Virus record (IMG/VR): IMGVR_UViG_3300031963_009547
Strand: one strand, 5' to 3'
Source of the DNA: a virus
DNA length: 64,000 nucleotides
Below the pieces are notes generated by a model that was not told the origin of the DNA, searched no databases, and saw only the letters and a program-made list of their open reading frames with translations. This document shows, piece after piece, positions 29,556 through 40,480 of the stretch (its first letter is position 1; every line of letters begins with the position of its first letter). A program made the translations under genes and the position numbers.

Positions 29556-30410
29556 ATGGCAAATTCAGTATTAGATTCAGTACTTGCGCAGTACGAAAAG
29601 AACTCAACAACTACGGGTTCACAAAAATCAAACATTTCACAAGAAGACAGATTGAAGAAGTATTTTTCAGCAATCCTTCAGAAGAATGAAAAATCCGCAT
29701 CACGACGTATTCGTATCTTACCTACAAAAGATGGTTCTTCACCATTTGTTGAAGTATGGTATCACGAAATCCAAGTAAACGGACAATGGGTTAAGTTGTA
29801 TGACCCTGAAAAAAATGACAACGAACGTTCACCTTTGACTGAAGTTTATAATGAACTTATTTCAACAGGTAAGAAAGAAGACAAAGAATTGGCATCACAA
29901 TACCGTTCACGTTTATTTTACATCGTAAAAGTAATTGACCGCGACAACGAACAAGATGGTGTTAAATTCTGGCGATTCAAACACAACTACAAACAAGAAG
30001 GTGTGTTAGATAAAATTCTTCCTATTTGGAAAGCTAAAGGTGATGTAACTGACGCCGAGAAAGGTCGTGACTTAATCATCGAGCTTACAAAAGCAAAAAC
30101 ACCACAAGGAAAAGAGTATACCGTTATTCAAACAATCATGTATGATGACCCTCAACCTTTACACGAGGATAAAGAAATCATGGAAGGATGGCTCCAAGAT
30201 GAACTTACATGGAATGATGTGTATTCAAAAAAACCCGTAGAATATTTAGAAGCAGTTGCGGTTGGCGAAACACCAATGTGGTCATCTGAACTTAAAAAAT
30301 ATGTTTACGGTGAAGAAGCTGAAATTTCACTTGGAGGGGCAAAACAAGAAACACCAACTCCTGTTGACCCACAAGCGAACGAAGAACCAGCAGAAGATTT
30401 GCCATTCTAA
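29556..30410 (+). CDS. single-stranded DNA-binding protein (T4 gp32-like)
   Basis: IRILPT.DGSSPF..VWYH, KVIDR...GVKFW.F, GRDL.I and an acidic tail ending EDLPF. Confidence 0.8.
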   Translation: MANSVLDSVLAQYEKNSTTTGSQKSNISQEDRLKKYFSAILQKNEKSASRRIRILPTKDGSSPFVEVWYHEIQVNGQWVKLYDPEKNDNERSPLTEVYNELISTGKKEDKELASQYRSRLFYIVKVIDRDNEQDGVKFWRFKHNYKQEGVLDKILPIWKAKGDVTDAEKGRDLIIELTKAKTPQGKEYTVIQTIMYDDPQPLHEDKEIMEGWLQDELTWNDVYSKKPVEYLEAVAVGETPMWSSELKKYVYGEEAEISLGGAKQETPTPVDPQANEEPAEDLPF

Positions 30411-30418
30411 ATTTAATT

Positions 30419-30460
30419 AAGCATGGATACTTTTAAACATATTGTATCCATGCTTTTTTT
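30419..30460 (+). terminator. terminator after the SSB gene
   Basis: AAGCATGGATAC-N13-GTATCCATGCTT followed by a T-run. Confidence 0.75.
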
Positions 30461-30483
30461 ATAAACAAAATTAAAAACACAAA

Positions 30484-30705
30484 ATGAAACCAGTGATTGC
30501 AGAAAAATTAAAAGAAGCATTAGTTAAAAAATATGAAGCAGAAATTGCTGATGCTGAAGCAAGACTTTATGTTTATTTCACAAACCCTGTTGGGATTGGT
30601 GAACATCCACAACACACAGAAGAGATGGATAATTTAGTTGGACAACTTACAGATGCTAAAGATAAGTTGGAAACTATAACAAATTTTAAAATTTACGAAC
30701 TATAA
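30484..30705 (+). CDS. conserved small phage protein (73 aa)
   Basis: Helical hairpin with an NPVGIGEHP loop, reminiscent of small T4-like phage proteins. Translationally coupled to recA. Confidence 0.65.
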   Translation: MKPVIAEKLKEALVKKYEAEIADAEARLYVYFTNPVGIGEHPQHTEEMDNLVGQLTDAKDKLETITNFKIYEL

Positions 30706-31712
30706 TGGCTATTAAAAAGAACGACTTTAGTTCACTTAAAAAGAAATTTTCCACATCGGCAAAGTATAAACCACAAAGATTCTTTGACCTTGGTGCGCCG
30801 TTTTTGGATGCGGTTGGTTTACCTGGTCCTGCGATGGGACACATCAATATGTTCTTAGGACATTCAGATACAGGTAAGACTACAGCATTAGTTAAAACTG
30901 CGGTTGATGCTCAGAAGAAAGGTATTTTACCTGTATTCATCATCACTGAACAAAAATGGTCGTTTGACCACGCAAAATTAATGGGTTTTGAATGTGAAGA
31001 AGTTGTTGATACAGAAACAGGAGAATTAGAGTGGGACGGTTTTTATATATTCAATAATAACTTTGATTATATTGAACAAATCACAGATTACATCAATGAT
31101 TTATTAGACGCTCAAGAAAAGGGTGATTTAGATTATTCATTGTGTATTATGTGGGACTCAGTTGGTTCTGTTCCTTGTAAAATGACTTACGAAGGTAAAG
31201 GAGGTAAACAACACAACGCAAGTGTTTTGGCAGACAAGATTGGTATGGGTATTAACCAACGTATTTCAGGTTCACGTAAAGCTGACTCTAAATACGAAAA
31301 CACCTTAATCATCGTTAACCAACCTTGGGTTGAATTACCTGATAATCCATTTGGACAACCTAAAATCAAAGCAAAAGGTGGTGAAGCTATTTGGTTGAAC
31401 TCTTCATTAGTATTCTTATTTGGAAATCAAAAAGGTGCTGGTACTACGAAAATTACCGCAACTAAAGATAAGAGGACTGTGAAGTTTGCATCAAGAACAA
31501 AGGTATCGGTTATGAAAAACCACATTAACGGACTTGGTTTCGAAGATGGGAAGATTATCGTGACACCACACGGTTTCTTACCAGGAAAAGAAGCTTCCGA
31601 AGAAAAGGCATCAATCGAACAATACAAAAAAGAATATGCCGAGTACTGGAAGGAAATAATCGGAGTTGATGGTGACTTCGATTTGAAAGCAGAAAAAGAA
31701 GAAGTAGAGTAG
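30705..31712 (+). CDS. uvsX: RecA/UvsX-like recombinase
   Basis: Walker A GHSDTGKT, Walker B IMWDSVG, IIVNQ, KGGEA and VMKNH. Confidence 0.85.
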   Translation: MAIKKNDFSSLKKKFSTSAKYKPQRFFDLGAPFLDAVGLPGPAMGHINMFLGHSDTGKTTALVKTAVDAQKKGILPVFIITEQKWSFDHAKLMGFECEEVVDTETGELEWDGFYIFNNNFDYIEQITDYINDLLDAQEKGDLDYSLCIMWDSVGSVPCKMTYEGKGGKQHNASVLADKIGMGINQRISGSRKADSKYENTLIIVNQPWVELPDNPFGQPKIKAKGGEAIWLNSSLVFLFGNQKGAGTTKITATKDKRTVKFASRTKVSVMKNHINGLGFEDGKIIVTPHGFLPGKEASEEKASIEQYKKEYAEYWKEIIGVDGDFDLKAEKEEVE

Positions 31713-31733
31713 TAACAATTAAAAACAAAAAAA

Positions 31734-32741
31734 GTGACAAAAACCTTATTGGTTGATGGAAACAATTTGATTAAAATTGGTTTTCATGGGGTGAAAGATT
31801 ACTTTCACAACGGACAACATATCGGTGCTATTTGGCACTTTTTGAATACTTTAAGAAAGTTCTTAGAAGAAAACAACTATAACAAAGTTGTTGTATTTTG
31901 GGACAGTGATACGAATTCATCTCAAAGAAGGATTATCTACCCTAAGTATAAATTAAATCGTAAGGACGACTCTAATGAGTTTAAACAAGCTTCTTATGAA
32001 AGTCAGAAGCAACGAGTTAAACAATATCTTGAAGAGATGTTTGTTAGACAAGTTGAAGTTGAACATTCAGAGGCTGATGATTTAATTGCTTACTACTGTA
32101 AAATTTCTGAAGATGAGAATAAAACTATATTCTCAAGTGATAGAGACCTAACACAATTAATTTCTGAAAAGGTATCTATCTATTCACCATCCACAAAAAG
32201 ATATTATAAGATGGGGGACACAATCAAAATGAGTGATTTTGAAGTTCCCCACTTTAATGTCAAAACTATTAAAATCCTCACGGGAGATTCGTCCGATAAT
32301 ATTGATGGTATTTTTTATTTAGGTGAAAAGACACTATTTAAGTTTTTCCCTGAACTACTTGAAAGAGTAGTGGAAATACCCGATATTTTAACAAAAGGTG
32401 AGGAACTTCTTAAAGAAAATAAGGACAATAAATCATTACAAAACCTTTTATCGGGCAAGACAAAAGAGGGAGTATTTGGTGATGAATATTATGTAATAAA
32501 CAAAAAACTAATTGATTTAGATGAACCACTGATAAATCAAGAAGGTAAAGATTTAGTTGATGCATATTATTCTGAATCGTTGGACCCTGATGGTAGGGGA
32601 TATAAAAATCTAATTCGTATGATGATGGAAGACGGTTTATTTAAGTACCTACCAAAACAAGATGACGGTTGGATTTATTTTTTAAAACCATTTTTAAAGT
32701 TAACAAGAAAAGAAAAGTCAAAATTCAAAAACAAAAATTAA
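31734..32741 (+). CDS. 5'-3' exonuclease / flap endonuclease (T4 RNase H-like)
   Basis: LLVDGNNL, VVFWD, YK.NR, EADDLIA, SSDRDLTQL and LTGDSSDNIDGI..LGEKT. Confidence 0.9.
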   Translation: MTKTLLVDGNNLIKIGFHGVKDYFHNGQHIGAIWHFLNTLRKFLEENNYNKVVVFWDSDTNSSQRRIIYPKYKLNRKDDSNEFKQASYESQKQRVKQYLEEMFVRQVEVEHSEADDLIAYYCKISEDENKTIFSSDRDLTQLISEKVSIYSPSTKRYYKMGDTIKMSDFEVPHFNVKTIKILTGDSSDNIDGIFYLGEKTLFKFFPELLERVVEIPDILTKGEELLKENKDNKSLQNLLSGKTKEGVFGDEYYVINKKLIDLDEPLINQEGKDLVDAYYSESLDPDGRGYKNLIRMMMEDGLFKYLPKQDDGWIYFLKPFLKLTRKEKSKFKNKN

Positions 32742-32746
32742 AAATT

Positions 32747-33199
32747 ATGAAAGAACAAAACGACGTAACCAAAGTTGAATTTCTTATCACATTGAACAAC
32801 AACTTTGTAGTTCAAAGATTCTTCAACGTTAAAGGGTACAACCCAAAAACAAAAGGGAGTGTTGAACTTATGAACTATATGTTCGGTTTAAGACAAGATT
32901 TGCAAACACAACTTAGAAACAAATGTGCTGTTTATATGTTGGAAAATAGATTCCAAATTGAAGAGGACCAATCGGTTCTTGAAACATCAAATACTGATGG
33001 ACCTGAAACATTTAACATTATTTTAAGAGTCGGAAATGAGACAATTTGTCACTATGTGATTGACGGTAAATTGTACCCACCAAAGGTAAGATATACGCTG
33101 GATGTACGACCATCCATAAAAAACATATTAAGAGAGCTTACTGACATTTTTTCAGCTAAAAATTTATCTTACAATTACTTAAACTATTCGTTAGTTTAA
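32747..33199 (+). CDS. hypothetical protein in the replication block
   Basis: ATG at 32747 just after the exonuclease stop is preferred over the overlapping TTG at 32669. Confidence 0.65.
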   Translation: MKEQNDVTKVEFLITLNNNFVVQRFFNVKGYNPKTKGSVELMNYMFGLRQDLQTQLRNKCAVYMLENRFQIEEDQSVLETSNTDGPETFNIILRVGNETICHYVIDGKLYPPKVRYTLDVRPSIKNILRELTDIFSAKNLSYNYLNYSLV

Positions 33200-33238
33200 T
33201 CATATTTATCATATACAAAAAGAAAAAAATCATAGAAT

Positions 33239-34618
33239 ATGTCAGACAAAAAAAGCTTCGGATACTTAGGGAATACCTTTCAAATACAGTTATTAAACAA
33301 CATCATTTTATATAAGGATTTCTCAAATTCGATTCTTGAAGTTATTGACCCACATTACTTTGATAACCAATATTTTCGTATTATCTGTCAAATGATTAAG
33401 GAGTATTATTCAAAATACGAACATACTCCTACATTTGATACCTTAGAACAACTTACAAAGTCAGAAATCTCGTCTCCAATGGCTCAGAAGAGTGTTTTGG
33501 ATACATTACAACAAGTAAAAGATGTATCTGATGAAGGGTCATCATTTGTTCAAGAGAAGTCATTAAAATTCTGTAAACAACAAGAATTACAGAAGGTTAT
33601 GACTAAAGCTCAATCAATTATTGATAAGGGTGATTTTGAAAGTTATGACCACTTAGAGGAGATGGTAAGAGGAGCCTTACAGGTTGGTGAAGTTGATAAA
33701 GGAACAACCGACGTTTTCTTTAACCTTGAAGAGGTTTTAGATGACGACTATAGACACCCAATTCCAATTGGAATCCCTGGTATTGATAATCTTCTTCGTG
33801 GAGGTTTGGCAAAGGGAGAAATTGGTGTTATATTAGCACCTACAGGAGTTGGTAAGTCTACATTTACTACAAAAATTGCAAACCATGCATTCAACTTGGG
33901 TTATAATGTTTTACAAATATTTTTTGAAGACAACCCAAAAATTATCCAAAGAAAACATATTACACTTTGGACTGGAATGCACCCTGACGATTTAACAGAA
34001 AATAGAGAAGATGTTCTTGAAAAAGTAAAACACATCCAATCTACAAGAAAAAATAAATTGATAATGAAAAAGTTACCATCTGATACGGTCACTATGAACC
34101 AGATTAAAAATCAGGTTAGAAAAATGATTGCTGAGGGTAATAGAGTTGATATGATTATCTTGGACTACATCGATTGTGTTGTACCTGATAAAATGTTGGG
34201 AGATGAGTGGAAAAGTGAGGGTTCGGTTATGAGAGCATTTGAGGCGATGTGTCACGAATTGGATATTGCTGGTTGGACGGCAACACAAGGAAATCGTAAT
34301 TCAATATCATCAGATGTTGTTACGACAGACCAAATGGGTGGGTCTATTAAAAAGGCTCAAGTTGGTCACGTAATTATTACGGTTGCTAAATCATTACAAC
34401 AAAAAGAAATGAACTTGGCAACAATAGCGATTACAAAATCAAGAATCGGTAAAGACGGTATTGTGTTTGAGAATTGTAAATTCGACAATGCAATGCTTGA
34501 AATAGATACTGAACAAAGTGTTACTTTCTTAGGTTTGGAAGAACAGAAAGAAGAAAGAAACAGAAGTAGAATCAAAGAGCTTTTAGAAAAGAAAAAGCAA
34601 AAAGAACAACAATCTTAA
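33239..34618 (+). CDS. replicative helicase (DnaB / T4 gp41-like)
   Basis: Walker A APTGVGKS, ILDYID, WTATQGNR and KSRIG. Confidence 0.9.
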   Translation: MSDKKSFGYLGNTFQIQLLNNIILYKDFSNSILEVIDPHYFDNQYFRIICQMIKEYYSKYEHTPTFDTLEQLTKSEISSPMAQKSVLDTLQQVKDVSDEGSSFVQEKSLKFCKQQELQKVMTKAQSIIDKGDFESYDHLEEMVRGALQVGEVDKGTTDVFFNLEEVLDDDYRHPIPIGIPGIDNLLRGGLAKGEIGVILAPTGVGKSTFTTKIANHAFNLGYNVLQIFFEDNPKIIQRKHITLWTGMHPDDLTENREDVLEKVKHIQSTRKNKLIMKKLPSDTVTMNQIKNQVRKMIAEGNRVDMIILDYIDCVVPDKMLGDEWKSEGSVMRAFEAMCHELDIAGWTATQGNRNSISSDVVTTDQMGGSIKKAQVGHVIITVAKSLQQKEMNLATIAITKSRIGKDGIVFENCKFDNAMLEIDTEQSVTFLGLEEQKEERNRSRIKELLEKKKQKEQQS

Positions 34619-34632
34619 ATTAATTTAAAACT

Positions 34633-35580
34633 ATGGAAAAAATATTAACAGAAAATCCTGGTAGGTTCGTCATCTTCCCTATTGAACACAATGATATATG
34701 GGAATTTTACAAACAACACCAAGCCGCATTTTGGACGGCAGAAGAAGTCGATTTAACAAATGACATCAGAGATTGGGAAAATTTAACAGACAATGAAAAA
34801 TTCTTTATTAAGAACGTATTGTCGTTTTTCGCAGCTTCAGATGGTATTGTAAATGAAAACTTAGCTGAAAACTTCTACCGTGAAGTTCAATATCCTGAGG
34901 CTAAGTTTTTCTACGGGTTCCAATTAGCGATGGAAAACATTCACTCATTAATGTATTCATTATTGATTGATACCTATATCTCTAATGCTAAAGAAAAGGA
35001 CGAGTGTTTCAATGCAATTGACAGATTACCTGCGGTTCAAAAGAAAGCTAAATGGGCGTTAGAATGGATTGAAAAGGCGTCATTTGCAGAAAGATTAGTT
35101 GCGTTTGCTGCTGTTGAAGGTATCTTCTTTTCTGGTTCATTCTGTTCTATTTTCTGGATGAAATCAAGAGGTATTATGCAAGGTTTGTGTAACGCGAATT
35201 CACTTATCTTTAAAGATGAAAACTTACACTGTGATTTTGCAATTCACTTATTAAATAATCATTTGGAGGAAAGACCATCTGAAAAAAGAATTAAAGAAAT
35301 CTTACTTTCAGCTTTAGAAATTGAAAAAGAATTCATCACTGAATCACTTCCTGTATCACTAATTGGTATGAACTCAAACTTAATGAAACAATATTTGGAG
35401 TTCGTTGTTGACGGGTTGTTGGTTAAGATGGGATGTAGTAAAGAATTTAATGTAGAGCAACCATTCAAGTTCATGGAACAAATTGCGGTTGAAACTAAAG
35501 GTAATTTCTTTGAATCAAGAACGATGGAATACCAAAAAGCAAAGTTAAACGAAACTATAACATTCACAGACGATTTTTAA
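34633..35580 (+). CDS. nrdB: ribonucleotide reductase class Ia beta subunit
   Basis: [43 protein letters not shown] and NFFE.R..EY. Confidence 0.95.
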   Translation: MEKILTENPGRFVIFPIEHNDIWEFYKQHQAAFWTAEEVDLTNDIRDWENLTDNEKFFIKNVLSFFAASDGIVNENLAENFYREVQYPEAKFFYGFQLAMENIHSLMYSLLIDTYISNAKEKDECFNAIDRLPAVQKKAKWALEWIEKASFAERLVAFAAVEGIFFSGSFCSIFWMKSRGIMQGLCNANSLIFKDENLHCDFAIHLLNNHLEERPSEKRIKEILLSALEIEKEFITESLPVSLIGMNSNLMKQYLEFVVDGLLVKMGCSKEFNVEQPFKFMEQIAVETKGNFFESRTMEYQKAKLNETITFTDDF

Positions 35581-35589
35581 ATTTATAAT

Positions 35590-38019
35590 ATGTCATTAAA
35601 AATAATTAAAAGAAATGGAGACCTTGTGGCGTTTAATCCACAAAAGATTTACAACCGTGTAAAGCGCTCCGCAAAAGGATTAAGTGTTAACTCTGATGAG
35701 ATTTTTATCAAAGTTATTACTTCTGTACCGACAGAAGGCAAAGTCACCACTAAGGAGTTGGATAAGTTGATTTATGAAATTGCCGCGGCATATACTGGTA
35801 GCCATCACGACTATTCAAGACTTGCATCGTCTGTTGCCATTTCATCTTACCACAAAGAAACTTCAGATAGTTTTTGTGATACTATGAAAGTATTACATGG
35901 CGATGGTATCATCCATGAAGAGCTAATGAACAAGATAAATCAATATGGTGAAGAAAACATTGACTCTATCATCAATCATGAAAATGATTATAACTTTGAT
36001 TATTTTGCTTGGAGGTCTCTACAAGAAATGTATTTGTTAAAAAGACCAAACGGACAGGTTGTGGAACGACCACAACATATGTATATGAGAGTTGCGTTGT
36101 GGGTTACGGATAGTTTAGAACAAGCTAAAGAATATTACACTTCTTTATCAAACCAACTAATTTCTAAGGCAACACCTATCATGATTAACTCCGGTACAAA
36201 AGTTCCACAATTAGCATCTTGTGTATTACATTATAATGATTCAGATTCGAGAGAAGGTTTGTTAGGGACTTTGAGAGACATTTCAACATTCTCTTCAGAC
36301 GCGGCAGGTATTGGACTTTCAATGTCAAACATCCGTAGTAAAGAAAGTAGAATTTCAACATCAGGTGGATATGCTGGTGGACTTTTGAAATACTTAAAAA
36401 TTGTTAATGAGTCACTTAGATTCTTTAACCAACAAGGGCGTAGACCTGGTAGTGCTGCTATCTATCTTGAACCATGGCACAAAGATATTTTTGATTTATT
36501 AGACATCAAAAAGAACACAGGTGCAGAAGAACTAAGAGCACGTGATTTATTTACGGCACTTTGGATTCCTGATAATTTTATGAAGGCGGTTAAAAACAAT
36601 GCTGATTGGTATTTGTTCTGTCCTAATGATATTAAAAAAGCCGGATTGAAAGCATTACAAGAATGTTATGGTGAAGAATACGAAGAAGTATATAACACGG
36701 CAGTTAGTATGGGTCTCGGTAAAAAAGTTAAGGCTCAAGACATTTGGACTAAAATTGTTGAATCACAAGTAGAAACAGGTGTTCCTTATTTATGTTCTAA
36801 AGACAATGCGAATAGAAAAACTAACCACCAAAATATTGGGGTAATTAAACAATCTAACTTGTGTAATGAGATTTACCAATACACTGATGAGAAGACTACT
36901 GCGATTTGTACTTTATCATCTATGGTATTGAAAAACTTTGTAAAAGATGGTGAGTTTGATTTCAACTTGTTATATGAAGAAACACGTAAAGTTGTAAGGT
37001 CATTAAACAAAGTAATTGATATTAATAACTACTCAACCGAAAAAGGTCGTAAAGGTGGTTTAGAGCAAAGAGCAATTGCTATTGGAACGCAAGGTTTGGC
37101 TGATGTTTTCTATTTAATGGATTACACTTTTACATCCGATGAAGCGAAAAAATTAAATAAAGATATTTTTGAAACTATCTATTACGCGGCAATTACAGAA
37201 AGTAATGTGTTATGCATGGAAGGTAAGTACCAACCTTATGACTTATTCAAAGGGTCACCTATGTCAAAAGGTATTTTCCAATTTGATATGTGGAATGTTA
37301 ATGAAACAGAACTTTCAGGAATGTGGGATTGGAACAAATTAAAGAAAAGTGTTTCTGATTATGGTGTTTGCAATTCATTATTTACCGCTCAAATGCCGGT
37401 AGCATCTTCAGCGAAAATCACAGGTTCATATGAAATGACAGAACCTGCACACTCAGCAATCTTTAACAGACGAGTTGTAGGTGGAGAAATTATGATTGTA
37501 AACAAATACCTTATCAATGACTTTGAAAAAATTGGTATTTGGTCTGAAGATTTAAAAAATGAAATTATCCTTAACGAAGGTTCAATTCAAAACATTAACT
37601 TCAATAATTACTTGGACTCTGAAGACAAGAACTATTTGAAAAAAGTAAAAAGAATTGAACACTTAATTCCTAAGTATAAAACAATTTGGGAGATTTCACA
37701 AAAACAACTAATTGATATGGCTGCGGATAGAGCACCATTCATCGACCAATCACAGTCAATGAATATCTATATGGGTAATCCAACTTTATCTAAAATCACA
37801 TCATCTCACTTCCACTCTTGGGAAAGAGGTTTGAAAACTTTATGTTATTATGTAAGAACCAAAGCTATTTCAACAGGAGCTAAACACTTGGCAGTTGACG
37901 TATCAAAAATACAACAACCCAAAGTTAAAGTTGAAGTTCCCACTGTAAGTTATAGCGATATGAACTTACCACCAAAACCTGAAAATAGTGACTTTGATTG
38001 TTTTGGATGTTCATCCTAA
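35590..38019 (+). CDS. nrdA: ribonucleotide reductase class Ia alpha subunit with ATP cone
   Basis: IIKRNG ATP cone, LASC, QGRRPG, SNLCNEI, MPVASS, DQSQS, YYVR and a C-terminal CFGCSS redox tail. Confidence 0.95.
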   Translation: MSLKIIKRNGDLVAFNPQKIYNRVKRSAKGLSVNSDEIFIKVITSVPTEGKVTTKELDKLIYEIAAAYTGSHHDYSRLASSVAISSYHKETSDSFCDTMKVLHGDGIIHEELMNKINQYGEENIDSIINHENDYNFDYFAWRSLQEMYLLKRPNGQVVERPQHMYMRVALWVTDSLEQAKEYYTSLSNQLISKATPIMINSGTKVPQLASCVLHYNDSDSREGLLGTLRDISTFSSDAAGIGLSMSNIRSKESRISTSGGYAGGLLKYLKIVNESLRFFNQQGRRPGSAAIYLEPWHKDIFDLLDIKKNTGAEELRARDLFTALWIPDNFMKAVKNNADWYLFCPNDIKKAGLKALQECYGEEYEEVYNTAVSMGLGKKVKAQDIWTKIVESQVETGVPYLCSKDNANRKTNHQNIGVIKQSNLCNEIYQYTDEKTTAICTLSSMVLKNFVKDGEFDFNLLYEETRKVVRSLNKVIDINNYSTEKGRKGGLEQRAIAIGTQGLADVFYLMDYTFTSDEAKKLNKDIFETIYYAAITESNVLCMEGKYQPYDLFKGSPMSKGIFQFDMWNVNETELSGMWDWNKLKKSVSDYGVCNSLFTAQMPVASSAKITGSYEMTEPAHSAIFNRRVVGGEIMIVNKYLINDFEKIGIWSEDLKNEIILNEGSIQNINFNNYLDSEDKNYLKKVKRIEHLIPKYKTIWEISQKQLIDMAADRAPFIDQSQSMNIYMGNPTLSKITSSHFHSWERGLKTLCYYVRTKAISTGAKHLAVDVSKIQQPKVKVEVPTVSYSDMNLPPKPENSDFDCFGCSS

Positions 38020-38029
38020 TTGCAACACT

Positions 38030-38060
38030 AATCCCGACACTATGTCGGGATTTTTTATTT
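38030..38060 (+). terminator. terminator after nrdA
   Basis: AATCCCGACA-CTA-TGTCGGGATT followed by a T-run. Confidence 0.8.
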
Positions 38061-38104
38061 CATAACTATTTATTGAAAATATCACGACACTATATTTATG
38101 TAAT

Positions 38105-38569
38105 ATGGCAAATGGCATTACGTATGGTATAAATTTTCCCTTTTTACAAAGTTCAAAAGGAAACTATTTAAAACTGACTGAAACAACTGATGAAGAAATC
38201 AGAACAGACCTTGTACACTTATTATTAACAAGAAGGGGTTCACGATATTTTCTACCTGATTTTGGTACTCGTTTATATGAGTTTATTTTTGAACCACTTG
38301 ATGGTGCAACGTTTGAAGAAATTAGAGCAGAGATTGAAGAACAGGTTGCAACTTACATACCAAACCTTACTATAAACAGTATTACTGTTGAACCATATAC
38401 TGAATCAGGTGATGTTGTGGGACAATTAGATTACGAACTATTAGGTCAAGCAAGTATTTATCGTATACCTGGTGCGAATACCGCAGAATACACAGCAAAA
38501 ATAAAAATTGACTACACTAATGACGCTAGAGCATTCGGTAGTAGAGAATTTGTGATAATTAACATATAA
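38105..38569 (+). CDS. baseplate wedge / sheath initiator (T4 gp25-like)
   Basis: GINFPF and LLLTRRGSRYFLPDFGTRLYEFIFEP. Confidence 0.9.
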   Translation: MANGITYGINFPFLQSSKGNYLKLTETTDEEIRTDLVHLLLTRRGSRYFLPDFGTRLYEFIFEPLDGATFEEIRAEIEEQVATYIPNLTINSITVEPYTESGDVVGQLDYELLGQASIYRIPGANTAEYTAKIKIDYTNDARAFGSREFVIINI

Positions 38570-38570
38570 G

Positions 38571-40409
38571 ATGGCAAACAATAAAATTAATTATACTGAT
38601 AGGGATTTTGAGGCAATTAGACAGAGTTTAATAGACTATACAAAACAGTACTACCCTGAACTTGTTCAAAACTTCAACGACGCTTCGGTTTTTTCAGTAC
38701 TAATGGACTTGAATGCTGCGGTGGCCGACAATTTACATTATCACATCGATAGAAGTATACAAGAAACGGTACTTCAATATGCTCAACAAAAGTCTTCTAT
38801 TTTTAATATTGCAAGAACTTATGGTTTAAAAATACCAGGATATAGACCTTCAGTTGCTGTTGTTGATATTTCTATAACAGTACCACCTTTTGGGGATGCT
38901 GAAGATTTTAGATATTTAGGTGTTTTAAGAGCTGGCTCACAATTTAATGGAGGAGGTAATACATTCGAAACAGTATACGATATAGATTTTTCAACACAAT
39001 ATAATCAAGAGGGTGAAGTTAATAGAACTAAAATACCGACTTTTGACTCTAACAACAAAATTATTAATTACGTTATTACAAAAAGAGAGGTAGTAGTAAA
39101 TGGAACAACAAAAGTATATAAAAGAGTAATCAACCCTACAGATGTTGTACCATTTTTTAATTTTTTCTTACCTGAAAGAAACGTTTTAGGTGTTACATCA
39201 ATAATACAAAAAGACGGAACAGGATATCCTAACGTACCTAATTACACAGAATTTGCAACCTCAACTAATCGATGGTATGAAGTAGACGCACTAGCCGAAG
39301 ATACTGTTTTTATAGAAGACCCAACGAAACCCGTAGACAATGCTGGTGTAAAAGTTGGAAAATACATTAAAACCGATAAGAGGTTTGTTACCGAATATAC
39401 ACCTGAAGGGTTTATGAAAGTCCAATTTGGGGCTGGTACTACAACACCAAATGACCAATTAACAAATTTTGCCAAAAATGGAATAAAATTAGATTTGGCA
39501 AATTATCAAAATAACATAGGTTTAGGTCTAACGGTTCAACCAAATACAACAATATTTGTACAGTATAGAACTGGTGGTGGTTTAGCATCAAATGTCGGGG
39601 TTGGGGTTATTAATCAAGTTGGTACTATTGATTTTGCGGTTAATGGTCCATCGGATAGTATAAATTCAAACGTTATTAACTCATTGACTGTTAATAATGT
39701 CACGGCAGCAATTGGAGGTTCAAATCCACCTTCCACTGAAGAAGTAAGAAACATGGTGGCGTTTAATTTTGCGGCCCAAAAAAGAGCGGTAACAGTAAAT
39801 GACTATAAATCTCTTATTGATACTATGCCAGGTAGATTCGGTGCACCTGCTAAAGTTGCAATCACTGAAAATAATAATAAAATTACAGTTCAAATTTTAT
39901 CATACGACCAAAGTGGTAAACTTACACAAACGGTATCAAATAATTTAAAATCAAATCTTGCGACTTATCTTTCTAAATATAGGATGATTAATGACTACAT
40001 CTCAATAGATGTTGCAAGAGTTATTGATTTGTCATTTGATATATATGTAGTATTAGAATCAAATGTAAATCGAGGTCAAGTTATTACTGAAATAATTAAT
40101 CAAGTCTCAAATTACATGGCACCTGAAAATAGAGATTTAGGTCAGAATGTTAATGTTTCAGAAGTAAGAAGATTAATACAAAACACAGCCGGAGTACTCA
40201 CACTTACAAATTTACAAGTATTTAACAAAGTTGGTGGACAATACTCAACATCAGAAACTTCACAAAGATATCTTGACCCTAAGACAAGAGAAATACAACT
40301 GATTGATGATACAATATATGCGGAGCCAACGCAAGTTTACCAAGTTAGATTTAACAACAAAGATATTAAAGTATTTGTTAAAAATTTAGCAACTGTAGAT
40401 TTCTCATAA
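38571..40409 (+). CDS. baseplate wedge protein (T4 gp6 / baseplate J-like)
   Basis: YTDRDFEAIR, QFGAG, YRTGGG..SNV and AQKRAVTVNDY. Confidence 0.85.
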   Translation: MANNKINYTDRDFEAIRQSLIDYTKQYYPELVQNFNDASVFSVLMDLNAAVADNLHYHIDRSIQETVLQYAQQKSSIFNIARTYGLKIPGYRPSVAVVDISITVPPFGDAEDFRYLGVLRAGSQFNGGGNTFETVYDIDFSTQYNQEGEVNRTKIPTFDSNNKIINYVITKREVVVNGTTKVYKRVINPTDVVPFFNFFLPERNVLGVTSIIQKDGTGYPNVPNYTEFATSTNRWYEVDALAEDTVFIEDPTKPVDNAGVKVGKYIKTDKRFVTEYTPEGFMKVQFGAGTTTPNDQLTNFAKNGIKLDLANYQNNIGLGLTVQPNTTIFVQYRTGGGLASNVGVGVINQVGTIDFAVNGPSDSINSNVINSLTVNNVTAAIGGSNPPSTEEVRNMVAFNFAAQKRAVTVNDYKSLIDTMPGRFGAPAKVAITENNNKITVQILSYDQSGKLTQTVSNNLKSNLATYLSKYRMINDYISIDVARVIDLSFDIYVVLESNVNRGQVITEIINQVSNYMAPENRDLGQNVNVSEVRRLIQNTAGVLTLTNLQVFNKVGGQYSTSETSQRYLDPKTREIQLIDDTIYAEPTQVYQVRFNNKDIKVFVKNLATVDFS

Positions 40410-40480
40410 GATTATTTATTTCCTATGTGTCTTACCTACTTTTAAAATGGGTAAAATAACTATTTATTTTTAAAAGACTA

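Noticed and set aside
30705-38019. Inteins, introns or homing endonucleases in uvsX, the helicase, nrdA or nrdB
   Set aside because: All are contiguous, of normal length, and show no intein or endonuclease motifs.
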